This document shows, piece by piece, positions 28,232 through 37,452 of a stretch of 64,000 nucleotides of DNA (positions are counted from its first letter, which is position 1; every line of letters starts with the position of its first letter). This stretch comes from Thermoanaerobaculia bacterium (GTDB lineage Bacteria > Acidobacteriota > Thermoanaerobaculia > Multivoradales > UBA5704). The notes beneath the pieces are model-generated. The model was not told where the DNA came from. It did not search any database and saw only the letters and a program-made list of their open reading frames with translations. The DNA is taken from contig JBGAGQ010000008.1 of assembly GCA_044226625.1 (NCBI GenBank), positions 32,001 through 96,000 on the forward strand, read 5' to 3'. Made by a program: the position numbers and the translations under genes.

Positions 28232-28813
28232 ATGAGCCACGATGACCTGACCTTCGAACGACGCACCCTGCTCGCCGCCACCGCCGCCCTGATGATGCCT
28301 CGGCTCGCCCATGCGAAGAAGCCCGCGACCCCGCCCCGACGAGCCCCGCGAGGGCGCGCCGGCGAGTTCGATTTTCTCGCGGGCTCCTGGCAGATTCAGC
28401 ACCGCCAACGAAGGAACGACGGCAAAACCTGGGACGAGTTTCCGGGCGAAGCCACCTGCTGGACCGTGCTGGGAGGCGTGGGGAGCATCGAGGAGCTGCG
28501 GATTCCGGCCCGCAACTTCTCCGGCCTTGGGATTCGCCTGCTGGACGTCGAAAACGAGCTCTGGAACGACTTTTGGGTGAACGCCCGGTACGGCGTCCTG
28601 GGCGCGGCCGGACTGACCGGAGGGTTCGAGAACGGTGTGGGCACGTTCACCGCCGAGGATACGGAAGGCGGCAAGGCGATCATCGCGCGCGGGGTGTGGG
28701 ATCAGATCACGCCCACCAGTTGCCGCTGGCACCAGGCCGTCTCCCGCGACGGCGGCAAGACCTGGGATCCGAGCTGGTTCATGAGCTGGACTCGTAGCGG
28801 CGCGCCGCGCTGA
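28232..28813 (+). CDS. Tat-exported DUF1579-like protein
   Basis: GGAG precedes ATG; ERRTLL twin-arginine signal followed by AHA; FDFLAGSWQI and CRWHQAVSRDGGKTW...W.M.W motifs. Confidence 0.7.
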   Translation: MSHDDLTFERRTLLAATAALMMPRLAHAKKPATPPRRAPRGRAGEFDFLAGSWQIQHRQRRNDGKTWDEFPGEATCWTVLGGVGSIEELRIPARNFSGLGIRLLDVENELWNDFWVNARYGVLGAAGLTGGFENGVGTFTAEDTEGGKAIIARGVWDQITPTSCRWHQAVSRDGGKTWDPSWFMSWTRSGAPR

Positions 28814-28904
28814 GGCTCAGCTCCGCCCCGGCGGATGCGCGGTCGGGCCCCGCCGGTTCGCTGGAAGCGAACCCCACTCAAGGCCCGAGTTTTCGATTCC
28901 AAAG

Positions 28905-28977
28905 TGGGCGGTCAGGGGCTCGAACCCTGGACCCACGGATTAAAAGTCCGTTGCTCTACCAGCTGAGCTAACCGCCC
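28905..28977 (-). tRNA. tRNA-Lys (anticodon UUU), CCA not encoded
   Basis: GGGCGGTTAGCTCAGCTGGTAGAGCAACGGACTTTTAATCCGTGGGTCCAGGGTTCGAGCCCCTGACCGCCCA folds as a canonical cloverleaf. Confidence 0.97.
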
Positions 28978-29034
28978 GAAAGGGAGGAACTACGAAGCGC
29001 GGAGTATAGAGGATGGCGCCCGGCGCGTCAGTCC

Positions 29035-30366
29035 CTACCGTTCCGCCAGGACCTGCGTCAGACGCTGGCTGGTCAGGCGGTGGAGCGCCGGGTGGTTGCG
29101 GACGATGGTCTCCTCGCGGCGCGGACCGGTCGAGGTGAGCACCACCGGGGCCTCGACCTCCTGCTCGATCAGGTCGACGTAGTCGCGGGCCGCCTGCGGC
29201 AGATCCTCGTGCTCCAGGGTGCCGATGGTCGAGGCCTTCCAGCCGGGGAGGGTCCGATAGACCGGCTCCGCCGCGGCGAGCAGGTGGCGCTCGGCGGGTA
29301 GGGTCCGGACGATCTCGCCACGGACGCGATAGCCGGTGCACACCGGGATCTCGGCCAGAGTGTCGAGGACGTCGAGCTTGGTCAGGGCGATCCCCTCGAT
29401 GCCGTTGAGCATCTTCGCGTAGCGGGCGACCGGAAGGTCGAGCCAGCCGCAGCGGCGCGGTCGGCCCGTGGTGGTGCCGAATTCGTTGCCGCGCTGGCGC
29501 AGGTACTCCCCCGCCTCGTCGTTGAGCTCGGTCGGGAACGGCCCTTCGCCCACCCGGGTCGTGTAGGCCTTGAGGATCCCCATCACGCCGTGGATGCGGG
29601 TCGGCGGCACGCCCGTGCCGGTCGAGGCGCCGCCGGCCGTCGAGTTGGAGCTGGTGACGAACGGGTAGGTGCCGTGGTCGACGTCGAGCAGGGTCCCCTG
29701 CGCTCCTTCGAACAGCAGGCACTTGCCGGCGTCGATCCACTCGTTGAGCAGAACGCTCGTGTCGGTGATGCAGGGGCGCAGCCGCTCGGCCCAGGCGCGG
29801 CACTGGTCGGCGAGGAAGGCGGGCGACGGCAGTGGGTCGCCCCCCAGCTCGGTGATCTCGGTCTGGATGTGCGCGAGCTCGGCGCGGAGCCGGTCCTCGA
29901 GGTCGGGGGCCGCGAGGTCGGCCACCCGGAGACCGATGCGCGCCACCTTCCCCTCATAGGCCGGACCGATGCCGCGCGAGGTCGTGCCGATCTTCTCCCG
30001 GCCCCGCGCGCTCTCGCGCGCCCGGTCGAGCGCGGCGTGCGGCGGCAGGAGGAGCTGGGCGCGGTTCGAGACGAACAGCCGGCCGTCGAAGCGGACCCCC
30101 GCCTCGTAGAGCTTCGCGAGCTCGGCGAGAAACGCGTCGGGCGCGAGCACCATGCCGTTGCCGAGGGCGCAGAGCATCCCCGGATGGAGGACGCCCGACG
30201 GCACCAGATGGAGCGAGAAGTGCTGGTCGCGAAACTTGACCGTGTGGCCGGCGTTGTGCCCCCCCTGGTAGCGGACGACGGCATCGAACGCCGGGCAGAG
30301 CAGATCGACGATCTTCCCCTTCCCTTCGTCCCCCCACTGCATGCCCACGATCACCATGTTCGCCAT
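29035..30366 (-). CDS. purA: Adenylosuccinate synthetase
   Basis: QWGDEGKGK, GGHNAGHT, EGAQG, GTYPFVTSS, EFGTTTGRPRRCGW. Confidence 0.98.
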   Translation of the reverse strand: MANMVIVGMQWGDEGKGKIVDLLCPAFDAVVRYQGGHNAGHTVKFRDQHFSLHLVPSGVLHPGMLCALGNGMVLAPDAFLAELAKLYEAGVRFDGRLFVSNRAQLLLPPHAALDRARESARGREKIGTTSRGIGPAYEGKVARIGLRVADLAAPDLEDRLRAELAHIQTEITELGGDPLPSPAFLADQCRAWAERLRPCITDTSVLLNEWIDAGKCLLFEGAQGTLLDVDHGTYPFVTSSNSTAGGASTGTGVPPTRIHGVMGILKAYTTRVGEGPFPTELNDEAGEYLRQRGNEFGTTTGRPRRCGWLDLPVARYAKMLNGIEGIALTKLDVLDTLAEIPVCTGYRVRGEIVRTLPAERHLLAAAEPVYRTLPGWKASTIGTLEHEDLPQAARDYVDLIEQEVEAPVVLTSTGPRREETIVRNHPALHRLTSQRLTQVLAER

Positions 30367-30592
30367 CGCGCACCACCCTCGGAGTCGTTCGGAAAAAGAA
30401 ATCCTTCGGCGGGCCCCCTTCGCCGCCGACGGAAGCGAGTGAGGCTAGCAGATGCCGCGCGGCTCCCGCCAGCCGAGCCGCCGCTCGAGGGTTCGCCCGG
30501 CCCCGGGTCGGAGGTCTGACCGGAGAGCTACCCAAGCGGGTGGTTTCCGGCGGCGGCCGTGGCCGGGAATGCTACGATCCTCCCCGAGACGC

Positions 30593-31420
30593 ATGGAAAC
30601 GTTCCTGTCCGTCGGAGTGATCCTCCTCCCGATCGCCTATCTGGTGGTGGCCGCCGCCTACGGCGTCCTGTTTTTCTCCAGTACCTCCGTCCAGGCGCGC
30701 CGGTGGGCGACGCCCGCCCTGCTCGGGACGCTCGCCTTCCATCTGGTCTATCTGGTGGTCTTGGCCTATCGCTGGCACCAGTTCCCGGCGGCGACCGTCT
30801 CCCAGGCGCTTTCGATCATCGCGTTCGCGATCGCCGGGGTCTACGCGTTGGTCGAACGGTTCGGCCGCGAGCGGTCGACCGGCTTCTGGCTGGTCGGGCT
30901 GGTCTTCTTCTTCCAGCTCTTCTCCTCGCTGCTCCACCGGCCGGTGCCGCCCGACCTCGCCCGTTTCAAGGACGGCCTGATCGCCATCCACATCTCGCTC
31001 GCCCTGCTCGGCTATACCGCCTTCGCCATCGCCGCGGGCTACGCCTTCCTCTTCCTCCAGCTCTATCGGGACTTGAAGGGAGGCCGCTTCTCGACGTTCT
31101 TCGGCAAGCTGCCACCGCTCGAGGCGCTCGAACGGATGATGCTCGGCTCGCTCGGGACCGGCTTCATCGCCCTCACCGGAGCGGTCCTCTCCGGCGTCCT
31201 CTTCGCCCAGAGGGAGTTCCCCACCGTCTGGCATCACGATCCGAAAATTCTCGCGACCGGCGCGATCTGGATCCTCTACGCCGCCGCGCTGGCGCTCCAC
31301 CGGCTGCGCCGGTGGCAGGGCCAGCAGACCGCGATCGTCGCGCTCACCGGGCTCGGCGCGATCCTGTTTTCGCTCTTCGCGGTGAATTTCTTCTTCACCG
31401 ACTTCCACGGGTTCCTCTGA
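30593..31420 (+). CDS. ccsA: Cytochrome c assembly (CcsA/HemX-like) membrane protein
   Basis: About 8 hydrophobic segments, IHISLALLGY, LPPLEALE, W..DPK; directly precedes hemA. Confidence 0.8.
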   Translation: METFLSVGVILLPIAYLVVAAAYGVLFFSSTSVQARRWATPALLGTLAFHLVYLVVLAYRWHQFPAATVSQALSIIAFAIAGVYALVERFGRERSTGFWLVGLVFFFQLFSSLLHRPVPPDLARFKDGLIAIHISLALLGYTAFAIAAGYAFLFLQLYRDLKGGRFSTFFGKLPPLEALERMMLGSLGTGFIALTGAVLSGVLFAQREFPTVWHHDPKILATGAIWILYAAALALHRLRRWQGQQTAIVALTGLGAILFSLFAVNFFFTDFHGFL

Positions 31421-31423
31421 GGC

Positions 31424-32737
31424 ATGGCGCGACCCGAAGGCCCGCCGCTCCTCCTGGTCGGAACCGATTTCCGCATCGCGCCGCTCGAGCTCCGCGAGCG
31501 GGTCTCGCTCTCGGCGGGAGAGACCGAGGCGCTCCTGGTGGCGCTCCTCGCCCGGCCGGCGATCGGCGAGGCATTCGCGCTCTCGACCTGCAACCGGACC
31601 GAGGTCTACCTCTCGCCGCGACATGAGAACGACGAGGAAGTTGCCTACCGGGAGCTGCTCGACCTCCTGTTCCTCGCCCGCGCGCCGGAGCTCGGCCAGC
31701 CGGGTCGGCTCTACGTCCAGCGCAACCGCGAGGCCGCCCATCACCTGCTGGCCGTCGCCTCCGGGCTCGAGTCGATGGTGCTCGGCGAACCGGAAATCCT
31801 CGGCCAGGTGAAGCAGGCGGCGGGCATCTCCGAACAGGTCGGGTCCGGCGGCCCGGTCATCCAACACCTCCTGCGCGCGGCGATCGAGGCCGGCGGGCGG
31901 GCGCGGCGCGAAACCGGCATCGCGACCGGCGCGGTCTCGCTCGGCTACGCGACGGTCGAGCTGGCGAAGAACATCTTCCGCGACCTCGAGCAGTGTCGCG
32001 TCTTGATCCTCGGCGCCGGCGAGACCGCCCGCCTGGTGGCGAGGAACCTGATCGAACGGGGGGCGCGGAAGCTCACGGTCGCCAACCGCACCCCCGCGCG
32101 GCTCGAAGAGATGCGGCGCGAGATCCCGGATCTCGAAACGCTGCCGTTCGACCAGCGGGTCGAGGCGCTCTCCGGCTCGGACCTGATCGTGGTCGCGACC
32201 GGCGCGGACGAACCGGTCCTCTATCGCGCCGACCTCGCCGCGGCGATGGAGATGCGCGGCAGCCGGCCGTTGCTGGTGGTCGACCTCGGCGTGCCGAGGA
32301 ACGTCGATCCGGCGGCGGCGAAGCTCGGCAACCTCTTCCTCCACACGATCGACTCGCTTCAGAACCTGATCGAGCGGAACCTCAAACGGCGACGCGAGGA
32401 GGTCCCGAAAGTCGAGGACCTGCTCGACCGCGAGCTCGACCGGTTCTCCGCCTGGTACCGGAGCCTCGACGCCGAGCCGATCGTCGCCGAGCTGCAACGC
32501 CAAGCCGAGGAGATCCGCCGGCGCGAGCTCGCCGCGGCCTACGCGAAGTTTCCCGCCGAAACCCACGGCGACCTCGACCGGCTCACCCGCTCGCTGGTGC
32601 GCAAGATCCTCCATCACCCCAGCGCCCGGCTGCGCGAGGCGGAGGGGGAGGTCGGCGCCGCCCGCCTCGCGGTCGCCCGCGACCTGTTCCGCCTCGACGC
32701 CCGGCTCGATCCGCCGGACGGCGGCAGCAAAGAGTAG
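31424..32737 (+). CDS. hemA: Glutamyl-tRNA reductase
   Basis: LSTCNRTEVY, SGLESMVLGEPEILGQVK, GAGE, DLGVPRNV. Confidence 0.97.
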   Translation: MARPEGPPLLLVGTDFRIAPLELRERVSLSAGETEALLVALLARPAIGEAFALSTCNRTEVYLSPRHENDEEVAYRELLDLLFLARAPELGQPGRLYVQRNREAAHHLLAVASGLESMVLGEPEILGQVKQAAGISEQVGSGGPVIQHLLRAAIEAGGRARRETGIATGAVSLGYATVELAKNIFRDLEQCRVLILGAGETARLVARNLIERGARKLTVANRTPARLEEMRREIPDLETLPFDQRVEALSGSDLIVVATGADEPVLYRADLAAAMEMRGSRPLLVVDLGVPRNVDPAAAKLGNLFLHTIDSLQNLIERNLKRRREEVPKVEDLLDRELDRFSAWYRSLDAEPIVAELQRQAEEIRRRELAAAYAKFPAETHGDLDRLTRSLVRKILHHPSARLREAEGEVGAARLAVARDLFRLDARLDPPDGGSKE

Positions 32738-32746
32738 GACGACCCC

Positions 32747-33697
32747 ATGAGCCAGACCGTTCCCGCCAAGCTCCGCCTCGGCACCCGCCGGAGCCCGCTC
32801 GCCCTCGCCCAGTCGGGGCAGGTGGCGCGCGCCCTCGAAGCGGCCGTCCCCGGCGTTGCGGTCGAGCTGATCCCGATCGAGACCGCGGGGGACCGCACCC
32901 CCGGAGACCTGGCGAAATTCGGCGGCAAGGGGCTGTTCACCGCCGAGCTCGAGCAGGGGCTGCTCGCCGGCTCGCTCGACTTCGCGGTCCACAGCCTCAA
33001 GGACCTCCCGGTTGCCCTTCCCGAGGGGCTCGCGGTCGCCGCCTACCCCGAGCGAGCGGACGCGCGCGACGCGATGATCTCGGACGTCTCCTCCGACCTG
33101 GCCGGCCTGCAGGCGGGCGCGGTGCTCCTCACCGGATCGCTCCGCCGCCGGGCGCAGATCCTCGCCTTGCGTCCGGATCTCGTCGTCGAGGCGATCCGCG
33201 GCAACGTCGATACCCGCATCCGGAAATGGAAGGAGAGCGGCGCCGCCGGGGTGATCCTCGCCGCCTCCGGGCTCGCGCGTCTCGCCGTCGAGCGGCCGGA
33301 GCTGCGCGAGCTGCCGATCCACCTGCTCTCCCCGGCCGAGATGGTGCCCGCTCCCGGCCAGGGGATCCTCGCGCTGGAGGCGAAAGTCGGCGGCCCGGCG
33401 TTCGAGATCTGCGCCCGGCTCGATCACGCGCCGAGCCGCCAGGCAGCCGAGATCGAGCGCGCGGTGGTCGCCGCGTTCGGCGGGGACTGCACGCTTCCGC
33501 TCGCCGCCTATGCCTCGATCCCCGAGGGATCCCTCCGACTCTCTCTCTTCCTCGGCACGACCGACGGCCGGCGTACCGCCCGCCACGAGGCGGTCGGAAG
33601 CGATCCGAACGGCATCGCGGAGGAGGGCGTCGCCGCCCTCCGGCAACGGGGCGCCGAGGCGATCCTCGCCACGATCCGCTCCGGCGAAACGCCGTGA
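32747..33697 (+). CDS. hemC: Hydroxymethylbilane synthase
   Basis: GTRRSPLALAQ, GKGLFT, VHSLKDLP, SLRRRAQ, RGNVDTR, PAPGQG, GGDC. Confidence 0.97.
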   Translation: MSQTVPAKLRLGTRRSPLALAQSGQVARALEAAVPGVAVELIPIETAGDRTPGDLAKFGGKGLFTAELEQGLLAGSLDFAVHSLKDLPVALPEGLAVAAYPERADARDAMISDVSSDLAGLQAGAVLLTGSLRRRAQILALRPDLVVEAIRGNVDTRIRKWKESGAAGVILAASGLARLAVERPELRELPIHLLSPAEMVPAPGQGILALEAKVGGPAFEICARLDHAPSRQAAEIERAVVAAFGGDCTLPLAAYASIPEGSLRLSLFLGTTDGRRTARHEAVGSDPNGIAEEGVAALRQRGAEAILATIRSGETP

Positions 33698-33713
33698 GGA
33701 CCGCCGGCCCGTC

Positions 33714-34481
33714 ATGACCTCGCCCCTCGGCGGCCGGCGCGTCGTCGTCACCCGCGCGGAGGGGCAGTCGAGCGGTCTCGCCCGCCACCTCGCCGAGGCC
33801 GGCGCCGAGGTCGCTCTGCTTCCCCTGATCGAGGTGGTCCCCTCCGCCGATCCCCGGCCGCTCGAAAGGGCCGCGTCCGAGCTTCCTCTCTACGATTGGA
33901 TGGTCTTCACCTCGGCGAACGGAGCGCGCGCCCTGATCGACGCCGCCGAGGGATCGCTGCCGCGCGGGCTGTCCGTCGCCGTCGTCGGCCGGGCGACCGC
34001 CGAGGCGCTGCGCGAAGCCGGTATCGAGCCGGCGCTCGTCGCAAACCAAGGGCATGCCGAGGCGCTCCTCGCCGACCTCGCGCCCCGGGTCGCCCACCGC
34101 CGCGTCCTCCTGCCCCAGGCCGACGACGCCCGACCCTTGCTCGCCCGTGGTCTCGAAGCGGCGGGAGCCGACCTCACCGTGGTTACGGCCTATGCCAAGC
34201 GGCTGCCGCCGGACGCTCCGACGCGCGCGGCCGAGCTGTTCTCCTCCTCTCCGCTCGGCTGGGTCACGTTCACGAGCGGCGGCATCGCCCGGCGCTTCGT
34301 CGATCTCCTGGGCCCGGCCTGGCCCGAGCGCCGGGGCGAGCTCCTCGCCGCCTCGATCGGACCGGTCACCAGCGCCGATCTCCGCGCGCTCGGAATCGAG
34401 CCCACCACCCAGGCGGCCGAGCCGACGGACGCGGCGCTGGTCGAAGGGATCGTCGACGCGGTAAACTCTCCAAGCTGCTGA
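33714..34481 (+). CDS. hemD: Uroporphyrinogen-III synthase
   Basis: VVVTRA, VFTSANG, VGRATA, FTSG, ASIGPVT; follows hemC. Confidence 0.92.
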   Translation: MTSPLGGRRVVVTRAEGQSSGLARHLAEAGAEVALLPLIEVVPSADPRPLERAASELPLYDWMVFTSANGARALIDAAEGSLPRGLSVAVVGRATAEALREAGIEPALVANQGHAEALLADLAPRVAHRRVLLPQADDARPLLARGLEAAGADLTVVTAYAKRLPPDAPTRAAELFSSSPLGWVTFTSGGIARRFVDLLGPAWPERRGELLAASIGPVTSADLRALGIEPTTQAAEPTDAALVEGIVDAVNSPSC

Positions 34482-34510
34482 AATCAAAGGGATCTTCCGA
34501 GACAGACGAC

Positions 34511-35674
34511 ATGCTGATTCACCGCTTGAAAGTTTCCGGCCTGCTCTCGTTCGGTCCTCAGGGAATCGATTTGCCCCTTGAGCCGCTGAACGTTCTGATC
34601 GGAGCGAACGGTTCCGGCAAGTCAAATCTGCTCGAAGTTCTGGCGCTCCTCCGCGCGGCGCCGAGGAGCCTTCCGGAACCGGTTAAGGAGATGGGAGGAG
34701 TCAAGGAGTGGCTTTGGAAGGGTCCGGGGGCCACCCGTGAAGCCTCGATCGACGCCGTTCTAGAAAATCCAAGTTCGCCGGTGCCCGTTCGCCATGTTCT
34801 GACGATCACCGAGAACGGTGGCCGCTTTGAGGTGAAGGACGAAAGAATCGAGAACGAGAGAGCCCTTGGGGACAACACGGAGCCCTACTTCTTCTACCGA
34901 TTCCAACAGGGTCGCCCCGTCCTCAACGATCGTTCCCCGACGGGGCGTCGATTGAAAAGGGAGAGCGTGAAGCCGGAGGAGTCCATCCTCTCCCAAGTCC
35001 GAGATCCGGAAGCTTATCCGGAGCTGACCCGGCTGCAAGATCAATACGAACGCATCCGTCTTTACCGGAATTGGTCTTTTGGTCCTCAAGCCTCATGGCG
35101 GCGCGAGCAAAACGCTTCCGGACGCAGCGACCAACTGAACGACGGTGGCGAGAATCTGGCACTCGTGCTCTTGAATTTCCGGTCGCAGGCGAAGACGGAG
35201 CTACTCGCGTCGCTACGCAAGCTGTTCGAAGGCATCGTCGACTTGAGTCCAGCAAACGACGGCGGAAACGTGACCTTTTTCCTCGAGGAGAGCGGCAGGC
35301 GTGAGATCCCCGCCACTCGCCTCTCTGACGGCACCCTTCGCTACCTGAGCCTTCTAGCGATCCTGCTCCATCCGGACCCGCCGGCGCTGGTAGCGATCGA
35401 AGAACCAGAGTTAGGACTCCACCCGGACGTCATCCCCCACATCGCGGAGCTGCTGGTCCGAGCCTCAGAGCGCACCCAGCTCGTGGTGACCACGCACTCC
35501 CGCATGCTGGTCGACGCACTGTCCGATCGGCCGTCGAGCGTGGTCGTCTGCGAGAAGGTCGAAGGCGAATCGAGCTTTCGGCGGCTCGATGGATCGACGC
35601 TCCGAGAGTGGCTCGAGAAGTACACCCTCGGCGATCTGTGGAGCATGGGCGAGCTGGGAGCCAATCGGTGGTGA
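34511..35674 (+). CDS. ABC/AAA_21-type ATPase (AbiEii/SMC-like)
   Basis: Walker A GANGSGKS, LSDGT signature, IEEPE Walker B, TTHS; C-terminal YTLGDLWSMGELG. Looks lower in GC than its neighbours. Confidence 0.88.
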   Translation: MLIHRLKVSGLLSFGPQGIDLPLEPLNVLIGANGSGKSNLLEVLALLRAAPRSLPEPVKEMGGVKEWLWKGPGATREASIDAVLENPSSPVPVRHVLTITENGGRFEVKDERIENERALGDNTEPYFFYRFQQGRPVLNDRSPTGRRLKRESVKPEESILSQVRDPEAYPELTRLQDQYERIRLYRNWSFGPQASWRREQNASGRSDQLNDGGENLALVLLNFRSQAKTELLASLRKLFEGIVDLSPANDGGNVTFFLEESGRREIPATRLSDGTLRYLSLLAILLHPDPPALVAIEEPELGLHPDVIPHIAELLVRASERTQLVVTTHSRMLVDALSDRPSSVVVCEKVEGESSFRRLDGSTLREWLEKYTLGDLWSMGELGANRW

Positions 35675-36269
35675 CCGCGAAAATCTATGCCGAAGGGGGT
35701 GGCGAAGGTCACTCTACTTACACACGCTGTTTCGGCAGGCGTGGACGCAGTTCTTCAAGTCCGCGGGCCTCTCCGGACGGATGCCGAGAATCGTCAGCGG
35801 TAAGGGGCGCTTCCAGACGTTGGACCTCTTCGCTACTGCGGTAAGAAATCCTCGCCCCGGCGAGCTTCCACTCTTGCTCGTGGACAGCGAAGGGCCGGTA
35901 GCGCCCGGCGATCCTGTCTGGCGGCATCTAAAGGTCCGCGACCAATGGGAGAAACCAAAGGGCTCGTCGGACGATCAGGCGTTCCTGATGGTGCAAGTCA
36001 TGGAGACCTGGTTCCTCGCCGATCGCGAATCGCTGCGCCGATACTTCGGCCCCGACCTCCGCGAAAAGCACTTCCATGCATGGCCGATCTTGGAAGACAT
36101 CCCCAAAGCTGACGTTCTGAGCGCACTCACCCGAGCAACCGAAGGATGTGCGACCCCCTACGCGAAAGGGAAGATCTCCTTTGAGCTCCTGGGAATCGTC
36201 AGCCCTCAGCGGGTCGAGGCGGCGTGCCCCCACGCCAAAGCTCTGCTTGAACGACTCCGCCGAATCTAA
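35671..36269 (+). pseudogene. DUF4276-like partner of the AAA ATPase, frameshifted near 35710-35720
   Basis: GTG start overlaps the ATPase stop (GTGA) and reads MTAKIYAEGGGEG. The body TLFRQAWTQFF...LLVDSEGPV...MVQVMETWFLAD...YAKG lies in another frame. Confidence 0.7.
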
Positions 36270-36434
36270 GCTGCGGTAACCGCGCCCCCCGCCCCGGCAA
36301 ATTTCCTCCCGGAGGCCAGGTGGCGGCCCCTCGATCCGCCGGCCGCGCCGTGCCGTACACTCTCCAGGCAGCAGCCGCCGCGCCGAGTCGTCGAGCCGCG
36401 GCGTCGCTCCGCCTCACTTTCCGAAGGAGACCCG

Positions 36435-37076
36435 ATGAAAAAGATCCAGCTCGCGAGCACCCTCGTCTTCGTACTCCTCGTCGCGATCCTCCTCTGGCCG
36501 AAGGCGTCGTGCGCGCAAAAGAACGTGGTCCCCCCCGGCGGGCTCGCGGTCGCCACCTTCGCCGGCGGTTGCTTCTGGTGCGTGGAAGCGGCTTTCGAAC
36601 CGGTTCCCGGGGTGGTCGACGTGACCTCGGGATACACCGGCGGCACGAAGAAGAACCCTACGTACGAGGAGGTCTCCTCGGGCGACACCGGCCACGCCGA
36701 ATCGGTGGAGGTCCGTTACGACCCGAAGAAGGTCAGCTACGAGAAGCTGCTCGACATCTTCTGGCACAACGTCGATCCGGTCACGCCGAACGCGCAGTTC
36801 TGCGACCACGGGACGCAATACCGCTCGGCGATCTTCTTCCACGACGAGGCGCAGCATCAGGCCGCCGAGGCGTCCAAGAAAGCGCTCGAGGCGAGCAAGA
36901 AGCTCCCTGGGCCGATCGTCACCCAGATCGTCGCCGCCTCGATCTTCTGGCCCGCCGAGGAATATCACCAGGACTACTACAAGAAGAATCCGCTGCGCTA
37001 CAACTACTACCGGCAGGGCTGCGGCCGCGACCGGCGCCTACGCGTGCTCTGGGGTGACGAAGCGGGCGGTCACTGA
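36435..37076 (+). CDS. msrA: Exported peptide methionine sulfoxide reductase A
   Basis: Signal peptide, FAGGCFWCVE, GYTGG, GHAE, AEEYHQDYY. Confidence 0.97.
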   Translation: MKKIQLASTLVFVLLVAILLWPKASCAQKNVVPPGGLAVATFAGGCFWCVEAAFEPVPGVVDVTSGYTGGTKKNPTYEEVSSGDTGHAESVEVRYDPKKVSYEKLLDIFWHNVDPVTPNAQFCDHGTQYRSAIFFHDEAQHQAAEASKKALEASKKLPGPIVTQIVAASIFWPAEEYHQDYYKKNPLRYNYYRQGCGRDRRLRVLWGDEAGGH

Positions 37077-37175
37077 GATCGGGGGCCGCAACGGGTGAAC
37101 CTTCTGGCAGCTCGAGCGTAAGAGATACGTGAGAGGAGCTTCGACCGCGGCGTCAGGCCGCAGAAGGAAGAAGCC

Positions 37176-37355
37176 ATGAAAACCCGTTCGGCCCGTACCA
37201 AGCTCAGCCTCTCCCGCGAGACCCTGCAGCAGTTGGAAGAGTCGTTGAGCCTCGCCGCCGGTGGCGGCACGACGGTCGCGAGCAACACCAGCGCCTGTTC
37301 GGCCGGCGGCAGCTGCGTCACCTGCACCCGCCCCTACAGCTACTGCGAGTGCTAG
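37176..37355 (+). CDS. 59-aa RiPP (lanthipeptide-like) precursor peptide
   Basis: AGAAGGAAG precedes ATG. MKTRSARTKLSLSRETLQQLEESLSLAAGG-GTTVASNTSACSAGGSCVTCTRPYSYCEC*: KLxLxRET leader motif, double-Gly, core with 5 Cys and 10 Ser/Thr. Confidence 0.8.
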   Translation: MKTRSARTKLSLSRETLQQLEESLSLAAGGGTTVASNTSACSAGGSCVTCTRPYSYCEC

Positions 37356-37452
37356 GCCGGTAAGAGGCGGCGGTGGAGCTGGGCCCGGCTCCACCGTTTC
37401 CCGAAAGTCCCCACGCCACCGCTCGTTCAAGACGACCGCGCCCGTATCGGGC

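Noticed and set aside
30572-33751. 1059-aa minus-strand ORF
   Set aside because: Shadow of ccsA-hemA-hemC.
30593-34481. Haem/ccsA operon as a dedicated partner of the octahaem cytochrome
   Set aside because: Common housekeeping arrangement about 19 kb away; no evidence of linkage.
33896-35674. 592-aa ORF suggesting an extended or hemD-fused ATPase
   Set aside because: The upstream part is an alternative frame over hemD; the ATPase begins at ATG 34511.
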